The translations under genes and the position numbers were made by a program. This document shows, piece by piece, positions 63,173-64,000 of a stretch of 64,000 bases of DNA. This DNA comes from Nitrospiraceae bacterium UBA665 (lineage in GTDB: Bacteria > Nitrospirota > Thermodesulfovibrionia > Thermodesulfovibrionales > Dissulfurispiraceae), in assembly GCA_002299835.1 (NCBI GenBank), contig DBNT01000114.1, forward strand, positions 1,123-65,122. The letters are read 5' to 3'. Position 1 is the first letter of the stretch. Every line of letters begins with the position of its first letter. The notes under the pieces are model-generated. The model worked only from the letters and a program-made list of their open reading frames with translations, was not told where the DNA came from and searched no databases.

Positions 63173-64000
63173 GTTTCAATCCTTGTTTTATTGGAAGTAG
63201 CTTTCAGACAGAAAGAACATGAAAAAGGCAGAAATGATAACAAAATGTTTCAATCCTTGTTTTATTGGAAGTAGCTTTCAGACCTTTGCCTTGTAATCGC
63301 CTGCGCTTGTCCTAACGTGATGTTTCAATCCTTGTTTTATTGGAAGTAGCTTTCAGACCGAAAGAAATGCAGAAAATGGAAAAAGATATAGTTCAGTTTC
63401 AATCCTTGTTTTATTGGAAGTAGCTTTCAGACCTGCAAGGTTAAACATTTTAGATAGCATTCTGATAGTGTTTCAATCCTTGTTTTATTGGAAGTAGCTT
63501 TCAGACTCTCCTTTTTCTCAGCGATGTGATCGGTATATCTGGTTTCAATCCTTGTTTTATTGGAAGTAGCTTTCAGACAAAATAGCCAAAAGTCCGGAAA
63601 GTTTCGGTTTTACTCGTTTCAATCCTTGTTTTATTGGAAGTAGCTTTCAGACAAAAAGACGCAGTAGGACATATCCTTATCTCGAAAGAGTTTCAATCCT
63701 TGTTTTATTGGAAGTAGCTTTCAGACCTCTAACAAAATTCGGCTTGGTGCGGACTTAGATATGTTTCAATCCTTGTTTTATTGGAAGTAGCTTTCAGACG
63801 TCACGATAGTAGCAATCGTCTATGGCGAGATATCGTAAGTTTCAATCCTTGTTTTATTGGAAGTAGCTTTCAGACGAGACAAGATACTCCAAGCCAGTGA
63901 GACAGTCGATATGTTTCAATCCTTGTTTTATTGGAAGTAGCTTTCAGACAACAAGATAACAGCTATACTCAAGCACATGATCAGGTTTCAATCCTTGTTT
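63173..64000. CRISPR. CRISPR array: 11 full repeats plus 1 truncated by the window edge, 37-nt repeats, 11 spacers of 35-39 nt
   Basis: Invariant repeat GTTTCAATCCTTGTTTTATTGGAAGTAGCTTTCAGAC at 63173, 63247, 63322, 63396, 63470, 63542, 63616, 63690, 63763, 63839, 63913 and 63985. All spacers are unique. Confidence 0.95.

Noticed and set aside
1-64000. tRNA, tmRNA or rRNA genes.
   Set aside because: None of the larger intergenic regions (26.6-27.3, 40.7-40.9, 53.4-53.6, 54.0-54.7, 59.0-59.2 and 60.7-60.8 kb) showed a cloverleaf-compatible sequence by eye. Most are explained by intron sequences or terminators. A tRNAscan run is still needed.

Overview
The window reads as part of a large mobile genome, either a phage, a phage-plasmid or the leading region of a plasmid or ICE. 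No virion or conjugation genes are visible, so the type stays open. All calls come from reading the sequence and ORF track and from remembered family motifs; no database search was run.

Layout:
- 1-15.4 kb is a mosaic of small genes on both strands.
- From 15.4 kb onward every gene is on the + strand.

Recognisable genes:
- Replication, repair and nucleotide metabolism: DnaN clamp, DnaG-type primase, SSB, an SF2 helicase, SbcD-like and SbcC-like proteins, dUTPase, a probable class II ribonucleotide reductase, PyrF and a YhaM-like OB+HD nuclease.
- Anti-restriction-type genes: a 1665-aa N6-methyltransferase/SNF2-helicase fusion, a beta-class methyltransferase and a RadC/JAB protein.
- Two sigma-70-related regulators.
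- A short host-like island: a secreted protein, a triheme cytochrome c, methylglyoxal synthase and a lipoprotein.

Most notable observations:
1. A group II intron family occurs in four states. One is a complete RT/HNH intron whose removal restores the host reading frame. One is an unrelated 753-nt ORF-less intron with a canonical domain V and a CGC triad, whose removal joins a 438-codon ORF in frame to a start-less 108-codon ORF. The other two are a 5' stub and a 5'-truncated, RT-deleted, partly inverted relic whose breakpoints overlap.
2. There are two TnpB-type elements. One is IS607-like, and its TnpB lacks the zinc ribbon and the canonical RuvC-III Asp. The other is a solo TnpB. Both ORFs read through a GC-rich, hairpin-rich 3' region expected to be the guide RNA.
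3. Eight near-identical consensus promoters drive every leftward gene. Five of them place the ATG at or within about 3 nt of the expected transcription start.
4. A CRISPR array of 37-nt repeats has no cas genes in view.
5. Several repeated intergenic modules and duplication scars mark cargo insertions.
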